A stretch of 64,000 nucleotides of DNA, taken from positions 256,001 to 320,000 of the forward strand of contig CAVQXP010000002.1 of the NCBI GenBank assembly GCA_963717935.1. Direction: 5' to 3'. The translations under genes were made by a program, and so were the position numbers. Shown piece by piece: positions 48,341 to 58,698 of this stretch. The first letter of the stretch is position 1. Each line of letters starts with the position of its first letter. This DNA comes from Candidatus Eiseniibacteriota bacterium (lineage in GTDB: Bacteria > Eisenbacteria > RBG-16-71-46). Below the pieces are notes generated by a model. The model did no database searches. It worked only from the letters and a program-made list of their open reading frames with translations, and was not told the origin of the DNA.

Positions 48341-48774
48341 ACAGGAACGTACGTCGGCCTCTTGCATCGTGGCGCACTCCGGATCGACGCGCGCTCCGGC
48401 CCGAGTTGTGGGTCGTCGCGCTGGTCGCGGTGGGGATGCTCCTGGTCGAAGTGTGGCAGAGCTCGCGCATGGCCGAGCTCTGCCTCGCCCTCGATCACAA
48501 CCGCGCGGCGGTCCAGCAGGCGCAGGCTCGACTCGAGCACCTGCACGCCCAGCTCGACCGCCGCACCACCCGGGCGGAACTCGCCCCGCAGGCTAGCCTG
48601 CTGGGACTGGTTCCGGTCGACGCCAGGCAGGTGGTCCAGCTGCCGCCGGAGTACCTGGCGGCGGCGGACAAGCGAACCGGGCAGGACTCGCGCCCGGCGC
48701 TGGCGTGGGCGGGAAGGGTCTCCCGCGTCCTGGTGCCGGAAGCCACGGCCCGCGGCCGCGACCACACGAACTGA
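48337..48774 (+). CDS. ftsL: Probable cell division protein FtsL
   Basis: Single TM plus coiled coil ending ..LLGLVP; lies between rsmH and ftsI. Confidence 0.7.
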   Translation: MNRNVRRPLASWRTPDRRALRPELWVVALVAVGMLLVEVWQSSRMAELCLALDHNRAAVQQAQARLEHLHAQLDRRTTRAELAPQASLLGLVPVDARQVVQLPPEYLAAADKRTGQDSRPALAWAGRVSRVLVPEATARGRDHTN

Positions 48775-48885
48775 CGAACGGAAGAGTCATAGGCGCGTCC
48801 GGACGATTCGACCGGCCGCACCACCGCACCGCGCATGTGACGGCCCGGCGGTTTGCGTGAACCGCCGTTCCACGGAGGGAAGGAG

Positions 48886-51045
48886 TTGGCCCACAGGGAA
48901 TCGCGCAGGAGCCGGGTGCTGGTGGCTGCGGCCGGTCTGTTGCTTGGCCTGGTCGTCCTGTGGCTGCGCGTCGCGTGGCTGCAGGTCGTCCAGCACCCGT
49001 ATTATGCGGGGCGCGCCGAGCTGAACCAGGAGCAGCGCGTGCTGGTCCGCCCGGTGCGCGGCGAGCTGCTGGACCGGCGCGGGCGTCCGCTGGCGCGCGA
49101 CCTGCTGACCTGGTCGGTCTCGGCGGCCCCGCGCGAGATGGCGGACCCGGCCGCCGTGGCCCGCGGCCTGGCGACGCTGCTGCATCTGGACGCGCGCCGG
49201 CTGGCGAACGAGTTCCGCGCGCATCCCCGCTTCGTCTGGGTCGCGCGCCACCAGCCGCCCGAGGTGGGCGAGGCCGTGGCCGGCCGCAAGTGGCGCGGCG
49301 TCCACCTCTCGGTGGAGACGCGGCGGGACTACACGCTGGGCGCCGCCGCCAGCGAGATCCTCGGCCGCACCGACCTCGATGACAGCGGAGTGGACGGGCT
49401 CGAGCTGCAGCTGGATGGCGAACTGCGCGGGCGGCCGGGTTGGAGCACGCTCTTCCGCGTCGGGAGGAACCGCACCGTGGGGCTGCCTCGCGGCCTGAGG
49501 CGCGCGCCGACCGACGGCCACAGCGCGGTGTTGACCCTCGATTTCGACCTGCAGGGGATCGTCGAGCACCACCTGGCGCGCGCGGTGGACACGTTGCGCG
49601 CGGTGCGCGGCTTCGCGCTCTTCCTCGACCCCCGCACCGGCGAGATCCTGGCCTCGGTCTGCGTCCCGCACCTGCCCCCCGGCAAGGCGCGCAACTGGCC
49701 CTTCACCGACCAGTACGAACCCGGTTCCACCTTCAAGGTCGTGGCCGCGGGGACCGCGCTCGAGGAGAACCTGGCGCGCCCCGACCAGTATTTCGAGGCG
49801 GGCTACGGCCGCGTCCTGGTGGCGCCGGGCTGCCGGTTCCAGGACTCGCACGAGGCGCGCGGATTCACGTTCCGGGCCGCGGTCCAGTACTCGAGCAACA
49901 TCGTGATGAGCAAGCTCGGCATGCTCGCTGGACCCGAGCGCCTCTACCGCTACGCCACCTCCCTGGGCTTCGGCAGCCTCAGCGGCCTGGATTTCCCGGG
50001 CGAGGCCGGCGGCCGGCTGCACAGTCCCGCCCACTGGTCGGCGCGCTCGTGCCCCACCATCGCCATCGGGCACGAGGTCTCGGTGACCCCGCTGCAACTG
50101 GCGCTGGCCTACGCCGCCATCGCCAACGGTGGCGTGCTCATGGAGCCGATGCTGGTGCGCGAGGTGCGCGACGCCGAGGGCCGGGTGCTGCACCGCTACG
50201 GGCCGCGCGCCTCGCACCGCGTCTTCAGCGAGGCGACCACCGCCACGCTGCGCGAGATGCTGGTCGCGGTGGTGGACAGCGGCACCGCGCGATCGGCGCG
50301 CATCCCGGGCATCGCGCTCGCCGGCAAGACGGGCACCGCGCAGAAGTACGACCCCGCGATCCGCACCTACGCCCGGGACAAGTACCTGTCCTCGTTCGTG
50401 GGCTTCGCCCCCGCCGGCGGGCCCACGCTGGTGGGGGTGGTGGTGATCGACGAGCCCCGCACCGGGCACTACTACGGCGGGGAGATCGCCGCGCCGGTGT
50501 TCCGCGAAGTGATGCTGGACCTGCGCCGCCTGCCGGACGGCCCCTTCGGCACGGGCTCGACCGAGGTGGCGGCGAAGCCACCCGCGCCCGCCGCGGTGGT
50601 GGTGCCCGACCTCCGGCTGCTGCCACGGCTCGCTGTCGAGCGCCGGCTCGCCCAGCACGGCCTGCGCGCGCGCTTCGAGGGCCGGGGACCGCGCGCGCTG
50701 GCGCAGGTGCCCGCCGCGGGACAGGCCGCCGAGCGCGGCGCCAGCGTGGTCGTGTGGCTCGCCGCCCCCGTGGATTCGGCGGGGCTCCTGTTGCCCGACC
50801 TCGTGGGCCTGCCGCTGCGCGAAGCCCTGCGGCGGCTCACGCTGTGGCAGGTGCAGACGCGCATCATCGGCAGCGGGGTCGTGGTGCGGCAGACACCCGC
50901 GGCGGGCACGCCGTTGTTGCCCGGTTCCCGGTGCCGCCTGTGGTGCGATCCGGCTGCGGCCCCGGCCGCCTCACCGTCACCGGGTCCCGTGAGTGTCTTC
51001 CCCGCGGGCGCGGAGCGCGCGGCCGCCGTGCGGACCGGACCGTGA
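48886..51045 (+). CDS. ftsI: Class B PBP (FtsI) with two PASTA-like repeats
   Basis: RGELLDRRG, EPGSTFK, SSN, GKTGTAQK, VPDL.. and LPDLVGL..; TTG start with GGAGG RBS. Confidence 0.93.
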   Translation: MAHRESRRSRVLVAAAGLLLGLVVLWLRVAWLQVVQHPYYAGRAELNQEQRVLVRPVRGELLDRRGRPLARDLLTWSVSAAPREMADPAAVARGLATLLHLDARRLANEFRAHPRFVWVARHQPPEVGEAVAGRKWRGVHLSVETRRDYTLGAAASEILGRTDLDDSGVDGLELQLDGELRGRPGWSTLFRVGRNRTVGLPRGLRRAPTDGHSAVLTLDFDLQGIVEHHLARAVDTLRAVRGFALFLDPRTGEILASVCVPHLPPGKARNWPFTDQYEPGSTFKVVAAGTALEENLARPDQYFEAGYGRVLVAPGCRFQDSHEARGFTFRAAVQYSSNIVMSKLGMLAGPERLYRYATSLGFGSLSGLDFPGEAGGRLHSPAHWSARSCPTIAIGHEVSVTPLQLALAYAAIANGGVLMEPMLVREVRDAEGRVLHRYGPRASHRVFSEATTATLREMLVAVVDSGTARSARIPGIALAGKTGTAQKYDPAIRTYARDKYLSSFVGFAPAGGPTLVGVVVIDEPRTGHYYGGEIAAPVFREVMLDLRRLPDGPFGTGSTEVAAKPPAPAAVVVPDLRLLPRLAVERRLAQHGLRARFEGRGPRALAQVPAAGQAAERGASVVVWLAAPVDSAGLLLPDLVGLPLREALRRLTLWQVQTRIIGSGVVVRQTPAAGTPLLPGSRCRLWCDPAAAPAASPSPGPVSVFPAGAERAAAVRTGP

Positions 51046-52523
51046 CCCTGCGTGCCCTGCTCCAGGCGATGGACGCTCCCCGCTTCGCAGGCGACGAGGG
51101 GGTGGAGGTGAGCGGTCTCGCCTCCGACTCGCGCCGGGTGCGGCCCGGCGACCTCTTCTTCGCCCTCGCGGGCCTGCGCCAGGACGGGCAGGCCTTCGTG
51201 CGTCAGGCCCTCGCCTCGGGCGCCGTGGCGGCCGTGGTGGACCACGACGCGCCGGCGGCGGAGGGGCCGCTCGTGCGCGTGGCCGAGCCGCGCCGGGCGC
51301 TGGCCGAGGCGGCGACGATGTTCCACGGCCAGCCCGCGCGTGCGCTGCGGGCCGTGGGCATCACGGGCACCAACGGCAAGACCACGACGACCTACCTGCT
51401 CGAGTCGGTCTTCCGCGCCGCCGGCTGGCGGCCGGGAGTGCTGGGCACGACCGGCGCCCGCCTCGACGGCGCCACGCGCCCGCTCGGCTACACCACGCCC
51501 GAGGCCAACGAGTTGCAGGCGCTCTTGCGCGAGATGGCGGACGCCGGCGTGCAGGCCGTGGCGCTCGAACTGAGCAGCCATGCCCTGGTGCAGCGCCGGG
51601 GCTACGGGCTCGACCTCGACGTGGCGGTGTTCACGAACCTGAGCCACGACCACCTCGACTACCACGGCACTCTCGAGGCCTACCTCGACGCCAAGCTCAT
51701 GCTGTTCGACGGCCGTAACGCCTCGCGCCCCGCCAAGTCCACGACCGCGGTGGTGAACGCCGACGACCCGGTGGCGGAGAGCGTCGTGGCTGCGGCCCGG
51801 CGCGGTGGCATGAAGGTGCTGCGCTTCGGCGCCTCGGCGGGGACGGACGTGCGCATCGCGCACGTCGAGGCCGCGGCCGACGGGCTCGTGGTCGAGTTCG
51901 TGGCCGGGACCGTGGCCGAGGTGCGGCTGCCGCTGCTGGGGCGCTACAACGCCTGGAACGCCGCCGGCGCGTTCGCTGCGGCGCTTGCGCTGGGCGTGGC
52001 GCCTGCACGCGCTGCGGCGGGCCTCGCGGCCGTCGAGGGTGTGCCCGGGCGGCTGGAGCGCGTCGCCACGGCCCGGCTCTTCGAGGTGGTCGTGGACTAT
52101 GCGCACACGCCGGACGCGCTGGAGCGCTCGCTGGCGGCCATGCGCGAGCACGCCCGTGGGCGGGTGCTCCTGGTCTTCGGCTGCGGCGGCGAGCGCGACC
52201 GGGCGAAGCGTCCGGTGATGGGCCGCGTCGCGCGTGCGGGCGCGGACGAGGTGTGGGTGACCAGCGACAACCCACGCGGCGAGGACCCGGCGGCGATCGC
52301 GGGTGAGATCCTGGCGGGGGCGGGTGGCGCCGGTGGCCCGGTGCACCTCGAACTCGATCGCCGGGCGGCCATCGCCCGGGCGCTCGCGGCCGCACGCCCC
52401 GGGGACGCGGTGCTGATCGCGGGCAAGGGACACGAGACCACGCAGACCCTTGGAGAGCGGGTGCTGCCGTTCGACGACCGCGAGGTGGCGCGTGGGCTGC
52501 TGCGCGAGGGAGACCGGGGATGA
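51042..52523 (+). CDS. murE: MurE ligase (meso-DAP type)
   Basis: GITGTNGKTTT, DHLDYHG, DYAHTPD, FGCGGERD, DNPR, AGKGHE. Confidence 0.95.
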   Translation: MTLRALLQAMDAPRFAGDEGVEVSGLASDSRRVRPGDLFFALAGLRQDGQAFVRQALASGAVAAVVDHDAPAAEGPLVRVAEPRRALAEAATMFHGQPARALRAVGITGTNGKTTTTYLLESVFRAAGWRPGVLGTTGARLDGATRPLGYTTPEANELQALLREMADAGVQAVALELSSHALVQRRGYGLDLDVAVFTNLSHDHLDYHGTLEAYLDAKLMLFDGRNASRPAKSTTAVVNADDPVAESVVAAARRGGMKVLRFGASAGTDVRIAHVEAAADGLVVEFVAGTVAEVRLPLLGRYNAWNAAGAFAAALALGVAPARAAAGLAAVEGVPGRLERVATARLFEVVVDYAHTPDALERSLAAMREHARGRVLLVFGCGGERDRAKRPVMGRVARAGADEVWVTSDNPRGEDPAAIAGEILAGAGGAGGPVHLELDRRAAIARALAAARPGDAVLIAGKGHETTQTLGERVLPFDDREVARGLLREGDRG

Positions 52524-53944
52524 TCGCGACCGCCCCCGCCGCTCTCACGCTCACGCGGATCGCCCAGCTGGCGGGTGGCGACCTCGTGGTGCGCGAGGTG
52601 CCCGCCGGGCCGACCGCGCGCGAGGCCTTCCTTGCCACCGGTGTGGAGGGGGCGAGCCTGGACACGCGCACGCTCCGGCCCGGGATGCTCTTCGTGCCGT
52701 TGCCGGGCGGCCGCACCGACGGACACGACTTCCTCGAAGAGGCCTTCCGCCGCGGCGCCGCCGCGGCTCTCTGTGCGCGTGAGCGCCACGAGGTCTGGCG
52801 GGGCCGCGAGCCGGGGCCGCTCGTGGTGGTCGAGGACGTCACCGCGGGGCTCGCGCGCCTCGCGCACGGCCACCGCCTCGGCTGGCATGGTCTGCTGCTG
52901 TGCGTGACCGGCAGCGCGGGCAAGACCACGACGCGCGAGCTGGTGGCCGCGGCACTCACCGCGGCGGGCCCCGGGCTGCGCAGCGAAGGGAACTTCAACA
53001 ATCACTGGGGCGTGCCCCTCACGCTGCTGAGGCTCAGGCCGGAGCATCGCACGGCGGTGGTGGAGATCGGCTCGAACCACCCGGGGGAGATCGCCGCCCT
53101 GGCGGCTCTCGCGGCGCCCGGCGCGGGGATCATCACGAACGCGGGCAGCGCCCATCTGGAGGGCTTCGGCACGCTCGACGCCGTGGCGCGCGAGAAGGCG
53201 AGCCTGGGCTTTGCGCTCGAGGCCGGCCAACCCCTGTTCGCGGGCGCGGACTCGCCCCGGCTGCTGCGCGCGCTGGCGGGCGTGAAGGCGCGGGTGATCC
53301 GCTATGGACTGGCCCGGTCGGCCGCCGTGCGCCCCGAGCGCGTGACGGACCTGGGGCCCGACGGGAGCCGCATCGAGGTCGCGGGCTTCCCGCCGCTCCA
53401 CTTGCGGCTCGTGGGCGGGCACCAGGTGCCGAACGCGCTCGCCGCGCTGGCCGTGGCGCGCGAGTCGAGGCTCGATCCCGCGACGGTGGTCGCCGCGCTC
53501 GAACAGGTCCGCGGGACGAAGGGGCGGATGGAGCTGCGGCGGGTGAAGGGCGCCGTGCTGCTGGTGGACTGCTACAACGCGAACCCCGACTCGACGCGCG
53601 CCGCGCTCGCGACGCTCGCCGGGTGGCCGGGGGCGCGTCGGCGCATCGCGGTGCTCGGCGACATGCTCGAACTGGGCCCACGCGCCGCGGCGCTCCACCG
53701 GGAGACCGGCACGCGCGTGCGCGACGCCGAGTTGTGGGTGGTCGGGGCGCACGCGGCCGACTACGCGGCCGGGGCGCGCCGGGCCGGCGCGTGCGTGCGG
53801 TGCTTCGACGGGAAGCCCGCTCTGGGCGCGGCCCTGGACGCGGTCCTGGACGCGGGCGTGGTCGTGCTGCTCAAGGCCTCGCGCGGGGCGGCGCTCGAAG
53901 AGGTCCTGGAGGGCCTGGGAGCGGGCCCGGGGGAGGAAGGCTGA
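52520..53944 (+). CDS. murF: MurF ligase
   Basis: TGSAGKTTT, NFNNHWGVPLTL, DCYNANP, GDMLELG, KASRG. Confidence 0.95.
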   Translation: MIATAPAALTLTRIAQLAGGDLVVREVPAGPTAREAFLATGVEGASLDTRTLRPGMLFVPLPGGRTDGHDFLEEAFRRGAAAALCARERHEVWRGREPGPLVVVEDVTAGLARLAHGHRLGWHGLLLCVTGSAGKTTTRELVAAALTAAGPGLRSEGNFNNHWGVPLTLLRLRPEHRTAVVEIGSNHPGEIAALAALAAPGAGIITNAGSAHLEGFGTLDAVAREKASLGFALEAGQPLFAGADSPRLLRALAGVKARVIRYGLARSAAVRPERVTDLGPDGSRIEVAGFPPLHLRLVGGHQVPNALAALAVARESRLDPATVVAALEQVRGTKGRMELRRVKGAVLLVDCYNANPDSTRAALATLAGWPGARRRIAVLGDMLELGPRAAALHRETGTRVRDAELWVVGAHAADYAAGARRAGACVRCFDGKPALGAALDAVLDAGVVVLLKASRGAALEEVLEGLGAGPGEEG

Positions 53945-55035
53945 TGTTCTACGAATGGATCTACCCCCTTCACAGCGTTCCCGGGCTCTCGATCCTGAAC
54001 GTCTTCCGGTACATCACCCTGCGCAGTGCCTACGCGGCGGTCACGGCGCTGCTCCTGTGCTACCTGCTCGGCCCGGTCATGATCACCTGGTTGCGGCGCG
54101 TGAAGCTGGGGCAGAGGATCCGCGCCGAGGGACCGCAGGCGCATCTGGCAAAGGCCGGCACGCCCACCATGGGTGGCCTGCTCATCGTCACCTCCATCGT
54201 GGTGCCCACGCTGTTGTGGGGGAACTTCCACTCGCGCCCGCTGTGGCTGGCCCTGCTCGCCACGGTGTGGCTGGGCGCGCTGGGCTTCCTCGACGACTAC
54301 CTGCGGGTGGTGAAGGGCTATCCCAAGGGCCTGCTCGGCCGCTACAAGCTCGCGGGCCAGATCCTGCTCGGCGCTCTCGTCGGCATCGCGCTCGTCGTGT
54401 GGCCCGAGCCGGGGCTCTCGTCGACGACCATCCACATCCCGTTCCTCAAGTACCGATACCTGGACTTCGGGCTGCTCTTCATCCCCTTCGTCATCCTGGT
54501 CATCACCGCCTCCTCGAACGCCGTGAACCTGACCGACGGCCTCGACGGCCTCGCCACGGGCCTGGTGGCCATCGCCGCACTGACGTTCGCCGGCATGTGC
54601 TACATCAGTGGTCACGCGAAGATCAGCGCCTACCTCAACCTCACGACTCTGCCGTACAGTGGGGAACTGACGGTCTTCTGCGCTGCGGTGCTGGGGGCGG
54701 CCCTGGGCTTCCTCTGGTACAACTGCCATCCGGCCGACGTGTTCATGGGCGACACCGGGTCGCTCGCCCTCGGCGGAGCGCTCGGGGTCGTGGCCGTGCT
54801 CATCAAGCGCGAGTTCTGGCTGGTGCTGGTGGGAGGGGTGTTCGTGATGGAGGCGCTCTCGGTGATGATCCAGGTGGCCTCATTCAAGTTCCTGGGGAGG
54901 CGCGTGTTCCGCATGGCGCCGCTCCACCACCATTTCGAGCTCATGGGCTGGCCCGAGTCCCGCGTGGTGCTGCGCTTCTACATCGTGGGCGTGCTCCTGG
55001 CCCTGCTCTCGCTCTCGACCTTCAAGCTGCAATGA
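53944..55035 (+). CDS. mraY: Phospho-MurNAc-pentapeptide transferase
   Basis: KAGTPTMGG, GFLDDY, NAVNLTDGLDGL, FMGDTGSL, MAPLHHHFE. Confidence 0.97.
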   Translation: MFYEWIYPLHSVPGLSILNVFRYITLRSAYAAVTALLLCYLLGPVMITWLRRVKLGQRIRAEGPQAHLAKAGTPTMGGLLIVTSIVVPTLLWGNFHSRPLWLALLATVWLGALGFLDDYLRVVKGYPKGLLGRYKLAGQILLGALVGIALVVWPEPGLSSTTIHIPFLKYRYLDFGLLFIPFVILVITASSNAVNLTDGLDGLATGLVAIAALTFAGMCYISGHAKISAYLNLTTLPYSGELTVFCAAVLGAALGFLWYNCHPADVFMGDTGSLALGGALGVVAVLIKREFWLVLVGGVFVMEALSVMIQVASFKFLGRRVFRMAPLHHHFELMGWPESRVVLRFYIVGVLLALLSLSTFKLQ

Positions 55036-56426
55036 CCATCGACGCCCGCCATCCGCTTCCCGGCCTGCGGCCCCTGGTGATGGGGGCGGCTCGCTCGGGT
55101 CTCGCCGCCGCCCGGCTGCTCGCGCGGCACGGGCTCGACGTGCGCCTGGCCGACGCGAGACTGGCCGGTTCCGACGGCGGGCAGCACGGACGCGAGCTCT
55201 CGCGCCAGGGCGTGTGCGCCAGCTGGGACGCGGACGATCCACGCGCCCTCGACGGGCGCGATTTCGTGGTCTGGAGCCCGGGTATCCCGATCACCCACCC
55301 GGTGGCCACGGCGGCGCGTGCGGCGGGCCTGCCGCTGCTCTCCGAACTCGAGCTCGGCTACCTGGCGGCCCATGCGCCGTTCCTGTGCGTGACCGGCACC
55401 AACGGCAAGAGCACCACCACGCACCTGGCGGGCGCGCTGCTGCGCGGAGCCGGCCGGCACGTGGAGGTGTGCGGGAACATCGGCCGTGCGCTGTGCGAGG
55501 TCGCCGAGAGCGTGCCGCCCACGGGGCTGCTCGTGGTCGAGGTCTCCTCCTTCCAGCTCGAGACCGTGGACCGCCTCAAGCCCTTCGTCGCCACGTGGCT
55601 CAACCTGACCCCGGACCATCTCGACCGGCACGGGGACTTCGATGCCTACGGGGCGGCGAAGCAACGCCTGTTCGCGCGCCAGGACGAGGCCGACTACGCC
55701 GTCTGGAACGCCGACGACCCCGAAGTGGTGAGGCGCCGCTCGGGTGACGCCACCTGGCTCGAGTTCTCCGCCAGGCGCGCGGTGGAGGACGGGGCCGCGG
55801 TCGTGGACGGGCGCATCCGGCTCGGCTGGCGCGGCGGGGTCGAGGACGTGATGGAGACGCGCGAGATCGGGCTGCGCGGGGCGCACAACGTGCTGAACGC
55901 GCTGGCCGCGGTCACCACGGTGATGCCGCTCGAGCCGGCGCCCGACGCCCTGCGCGCCGTGCTGCGCGAATACGGTGGCCTCGAGCACCGGCTCGAGCCG
56001 GTGGCGACGGTGGCGGGCGTGGCCTTCGTGAACGACTCCAAGGCCACCAACGTGAACTCGCTCGAGGTCGCGCTCCTGAGCTTCGAGAGCCCGATCGTGC
56101 TGATCGCCGGTGGCCGCGACAAGGGACAGGACTTTGCGCCGCTGGACGCGCTGGTGCGCGAGCGCACGCTGGCCGTGGTGCTGATCGGCGAGGGCGCGGA
56201 CCGCATGGCCGCTCACTGGGCCGACGCGCGTCTGCTCCGCGCGGACTCGCTCACCGCGGCCGTGGACCTGGCCTACGTGACCGCGCGGAGCGCCCCGGGC
56301 GGCCCCGCGCCCGTGCTGTTCTCGCCGGGTTGCGCCTCCTTCGACATGTTCGCCGACTTCGAGGACCGCGGACGCCGTTTCAAGGCCGAGGTGTCGCGCC
56401 TGGCGGTGCGGGAGGGGGGCGCGTGA
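55032..56426 (+). CDS. murD: MurD ligase
   Basis: TGTNGKSTT, EVSSFQL, DHLDRH, NDSKATN, SPGCASFDMF. Confidence 0.95.
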   Translation: MTIDARHPLPGLRPLVMGAARSGLAAARLLARHGLDVRLADARLAGSDGGQHGRELSRQGVCASWDADDPRALDGRDFVVWSPGIPITHPVATAARAAGLPLLSELELGYLAAHAPFLCVTGTNGKSTTTHLAGALLRGAGRHVEVCGNIGRALCEVAESVPPTGLLVVEVSSFQLETVDRLKPFVATWLNLTPDHLDRHGDFDAYGAAKQRLFARQDEADYAVWNADDPEVVRRRSGDATWLEFSARRAVEDGAAVVDGRIRLGWRGGVEDVMETREIGLRGAHNVLNALAAVTTVMPLEPAPDALRAVLREYGGLEHRLEPVATVAGVAFVNDSKATNVNSLEVALLSFESPIVLIAGGRDKGQDFAPLDALVRERTLAVVLIGEGADRMAAHWADARLLRADSLTAAVDLAYVTARSAPGGPAPVLFSPGCASFDMFADFEDRGRRFKAEVSRLAVREGGA

Positions 56427-57562
56427 ACCGCGGAGATCGCTGGCTGATCGTGCTCCCGCTGCTGCTCACGGCGCTGGGCGTCATCATGGTCTACTCCTCG
56501 AGCGCGATCCTGGGCATCACGCGCTACCAGGATCCGAATCACTTCTTCGCGCGGCAGGCACTGCGCGCCGGGCTGGGCGTGCTCGTGCTGCTGCTGTGCG
56601 CCACGCAGGTGGATCTGAAGAGGCTCGAGCGCGCCGTGCCGGTGCTGTTCGGCGCGGGGCTCGCCCTGCTGCTCGCCGTGTTCGTGATGGGCCACGTCTC
56701 GAACGGCGCAACGCGCTGGCTGCGCTACGGCTTCCTGAGCGTCCAGCCCACCGACGTGGGGCGCCTCGCGACCGTGATGTTCCTGGCCTGGTGGCTCAAG
56801 CGGAACCCGCCCGCGGAGCGCGGCTTCGTGCGCGGCCTGCTGCCGCCGCTCGGCTTCGTGGGCGCGGCCGCCGGACTCGTCCTGCTGCAGCCGAACCTGA
56901 GCAGCGCGGGACTCCTGGGTGTCACCGGCTTCCTCATGCTCTTCCTGGCGGACGCGCCGCTCCTGCACCTGGCCGTGCCGGTCACGGCGGGCCTGGTGAC
57001 CGGTGTGGCGATGATCAAGACGCATCCATACCAGATGCAGCGCGTCGCCACGTTCGTACATTTCGTCTTCACCGGGGCCCTCGATCAGCGCGGGTCGGGC
57101 TGGCAGCTCGACCAGTCGCTCATCGCGATCGGTTCCGGAGGCTGGTTCGGCCGTGGCCTGGGCGGGGGGTTGCAGAAGTACCTCTTCCTGCCCGAGGCCC
57201 ATACCGACTTCATCTTCTCCATCCTGGCGGAGGAACTGGGGTTCATCGGCACGAGCGCGCTGTTCGTGTTGCTGGCGCTGCTGCTGTGGCGCTGCATGCG
57301 CGTCGTGGCGCGCGCCGCCGACCCGTTCCACTTCCTGCTGGCCGGAGGACTCACCTTGCAGATCGGACTCTACGCACTCGCGAATCTGGCCGTGGCCACG
57401 GGCCTCGCGCCCACCACCGGATTGCCGCTGCCGTTCGTCTCCTACGGTGGCACGGCTCTGCTGGCCAACCTGGCGGCGGCCGGGCTGCTGTACCGCATCA
57501 GTGCCGTCAACGCCTCCACCGACGCTCTCGTGCGCCAGCGCTGGTCGGGAGGCCGCCCATGA
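56423..57562 (+). CDS. ftsW: SEDS peptidoglycan polymerase FtsW
   Basis: MVYSSS, NGATRWL, LPEAHTDFIFS..EELG, GLPLPFVSYGG. Confidence 0.95.
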   Translation: MNRGDRWLIVLPLLLTALGVIMVYSSSAILGITRYQDPNHFFARQALRAGLGVLVLLLCATQVDLKRLERAVPVLFGAGLALLLAVFVMGHVSNGATRWLRYGFLSVQPTDVGRLATVMFLAWWLKRNPPAERGFVRGLLPPLGFVGAAAGLVLLQPNLSSAGLLGVTGFLMLFLADAPLLHLAVPVTAGLVTGVAMIKTHPYQMQRVATFVHFVFTGALDQRGSGWQLDQSLIAIGSGGWFGRGLGGGLQKYLFLPEAHTDFIFSILAEELGFIGTSALFVLLALLLWRCMRVVARAADPFHFLLAGGLTLQIGLYALANLAVATGLAPTTGLPLPFVSYGGTALLANLAAAGLLYRISAVNASTDALVRQRWSGGRP

Positions 57563-58698
57563 AGGTGCTCATCGCCGGCGGTGGCACGGGCGGGCACGTG
57601 TACCCGGGCATTGCGGTGGCCGAGGAACTCGTCCGCACCCGCAAGGACGCGCAGGTGGTGTTCGTGGGCACGCGGCGCGGCATCGAGTCGCAGGCGGTGC
57701 CCGAAGCTGGCTTCCGCATCCGCTTCACCTGGAGCCGGGGGTTGCCGCGGCGCGCCTGGTGGCGCTGGCCCGCGTCGGTGTTCAGCAACCTGGTGGGTTT
57801 CTGCCAGGCGACCTGGATCGTGTTGCAGGAGAAGCCCGACGTGGTGCTGGGCACGGGCGGCTACGTGAGCGGGCCGGTGACGCTGGCCGCGTGGTTGCTG
57901 AGGCGGCCCATCGTGCTGCAGGAGCAGAACAGCATCCCCGGGCTCGCCAACCGCTGGCTCGCGCAGATCGCCGACGAGGTCCACCTCTCGTTCGTGGAGG
58001 CGCGCTCGTACTTCCGGCGCCGCGACCACCTGAAGGTCACCGGCAATCCGATCCGCAACCACATCCTGAGTGGCGACCGGGGCACCGCGCTGCAGGAGTT
58101 CGGCCTCACGGTGGGTCCCCCGACCGTGTTCGTGTTCGGCGGCAGCCGCGGGGCGCACCGCATCAACGAGGCGGCCCTCGAGGCCATGCGCCGTCTGAAG
58201 GGCCGCGTGAACGTGCAGTTCATCCTGCAGACCGGACGCGAGGACTTCGACTGGGCGCGGGACGTGGTCGAGGCAGAACAGCTGCCGGCCAAGGTCGTGC
58301 CCTACCTGCGCCGCATCCACCAGGCCTACGCGGCAGCCGACCTGGTGGTGTGCCGCTCGGGGGCCATGACGCTGGCCGAGATCGCGGCCTGCGGCACGCC
58401 ATCCATCCTGGTGCCCTACCCGCACGCGGCGCACGACCACCAGGCGGTCAATGCGGGCAACCTGGTGGACCGCGGGGCCGCGGCCATGATTCCCGACCGC
58501 GAGCTCACCGGCGAGCGCCTGGCCCAGGAGATCGCCCACTGGCTCGCCGACCGCCAGGCGCTCTCGCGCATGTCGGCCAACGCGCGCACCTTCGCCCGCC
58601 CCGATGCGGCCGAGCGCATCGTGAGGAGCCTCGAACGCTGGTCCCGGGGCCGTGCCGTCGCGCGGGATCCCGCTCCGTTCGAAGAGCGGGGGGATTGA
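57559..58698 (+). CDS. murG: MurG glycosyltransferase
   Basis: GGGTGGHVYP, GTGGYVSGP, EQNSIPG, GGSRGA, RSGAMT, DHQAVNA. Confidence 0.96.
   Translation: MKVLIAGGGTGGHVYPGIAVAEELVRTRKDAQVVFVGTRRGIESQAVPEAGFRIRFTWSRGLPRRAWWRWPASVFSNLVGFCQATWIVLQEKPDVVLGTGGYVSGPVTLAAWLLRRPIVLQEQNSIPGLANRWLAQIADEVHLSFVEARSYFRRRDHLKVTGNPIRNHILSGDRGTALQEFGLTVGPPTVFVFGGSRGAHRINEAALEAMRRLKGRVNVQFILQTGREDFDWARDVVEAEQLPAKVVPYLRRIHQAYAAADLVVCRSGAMTLAEIAACGTPSILVPYPHAAHDHQAVNAGNLVDRGAAAMIPDRELTGERLAQEIAHWLADRQALSRMSANARTFARPDAAERIVRSLERWSRGRAVARDPAPFEERGD

Noticed and set aside
48846..48867. Hairpin cggcggtt..aaccgccg before ftsI as a terminator or ncRNA
   Set aside because: Short, no U-tract, inside an operon, and no recognisable RNA family.
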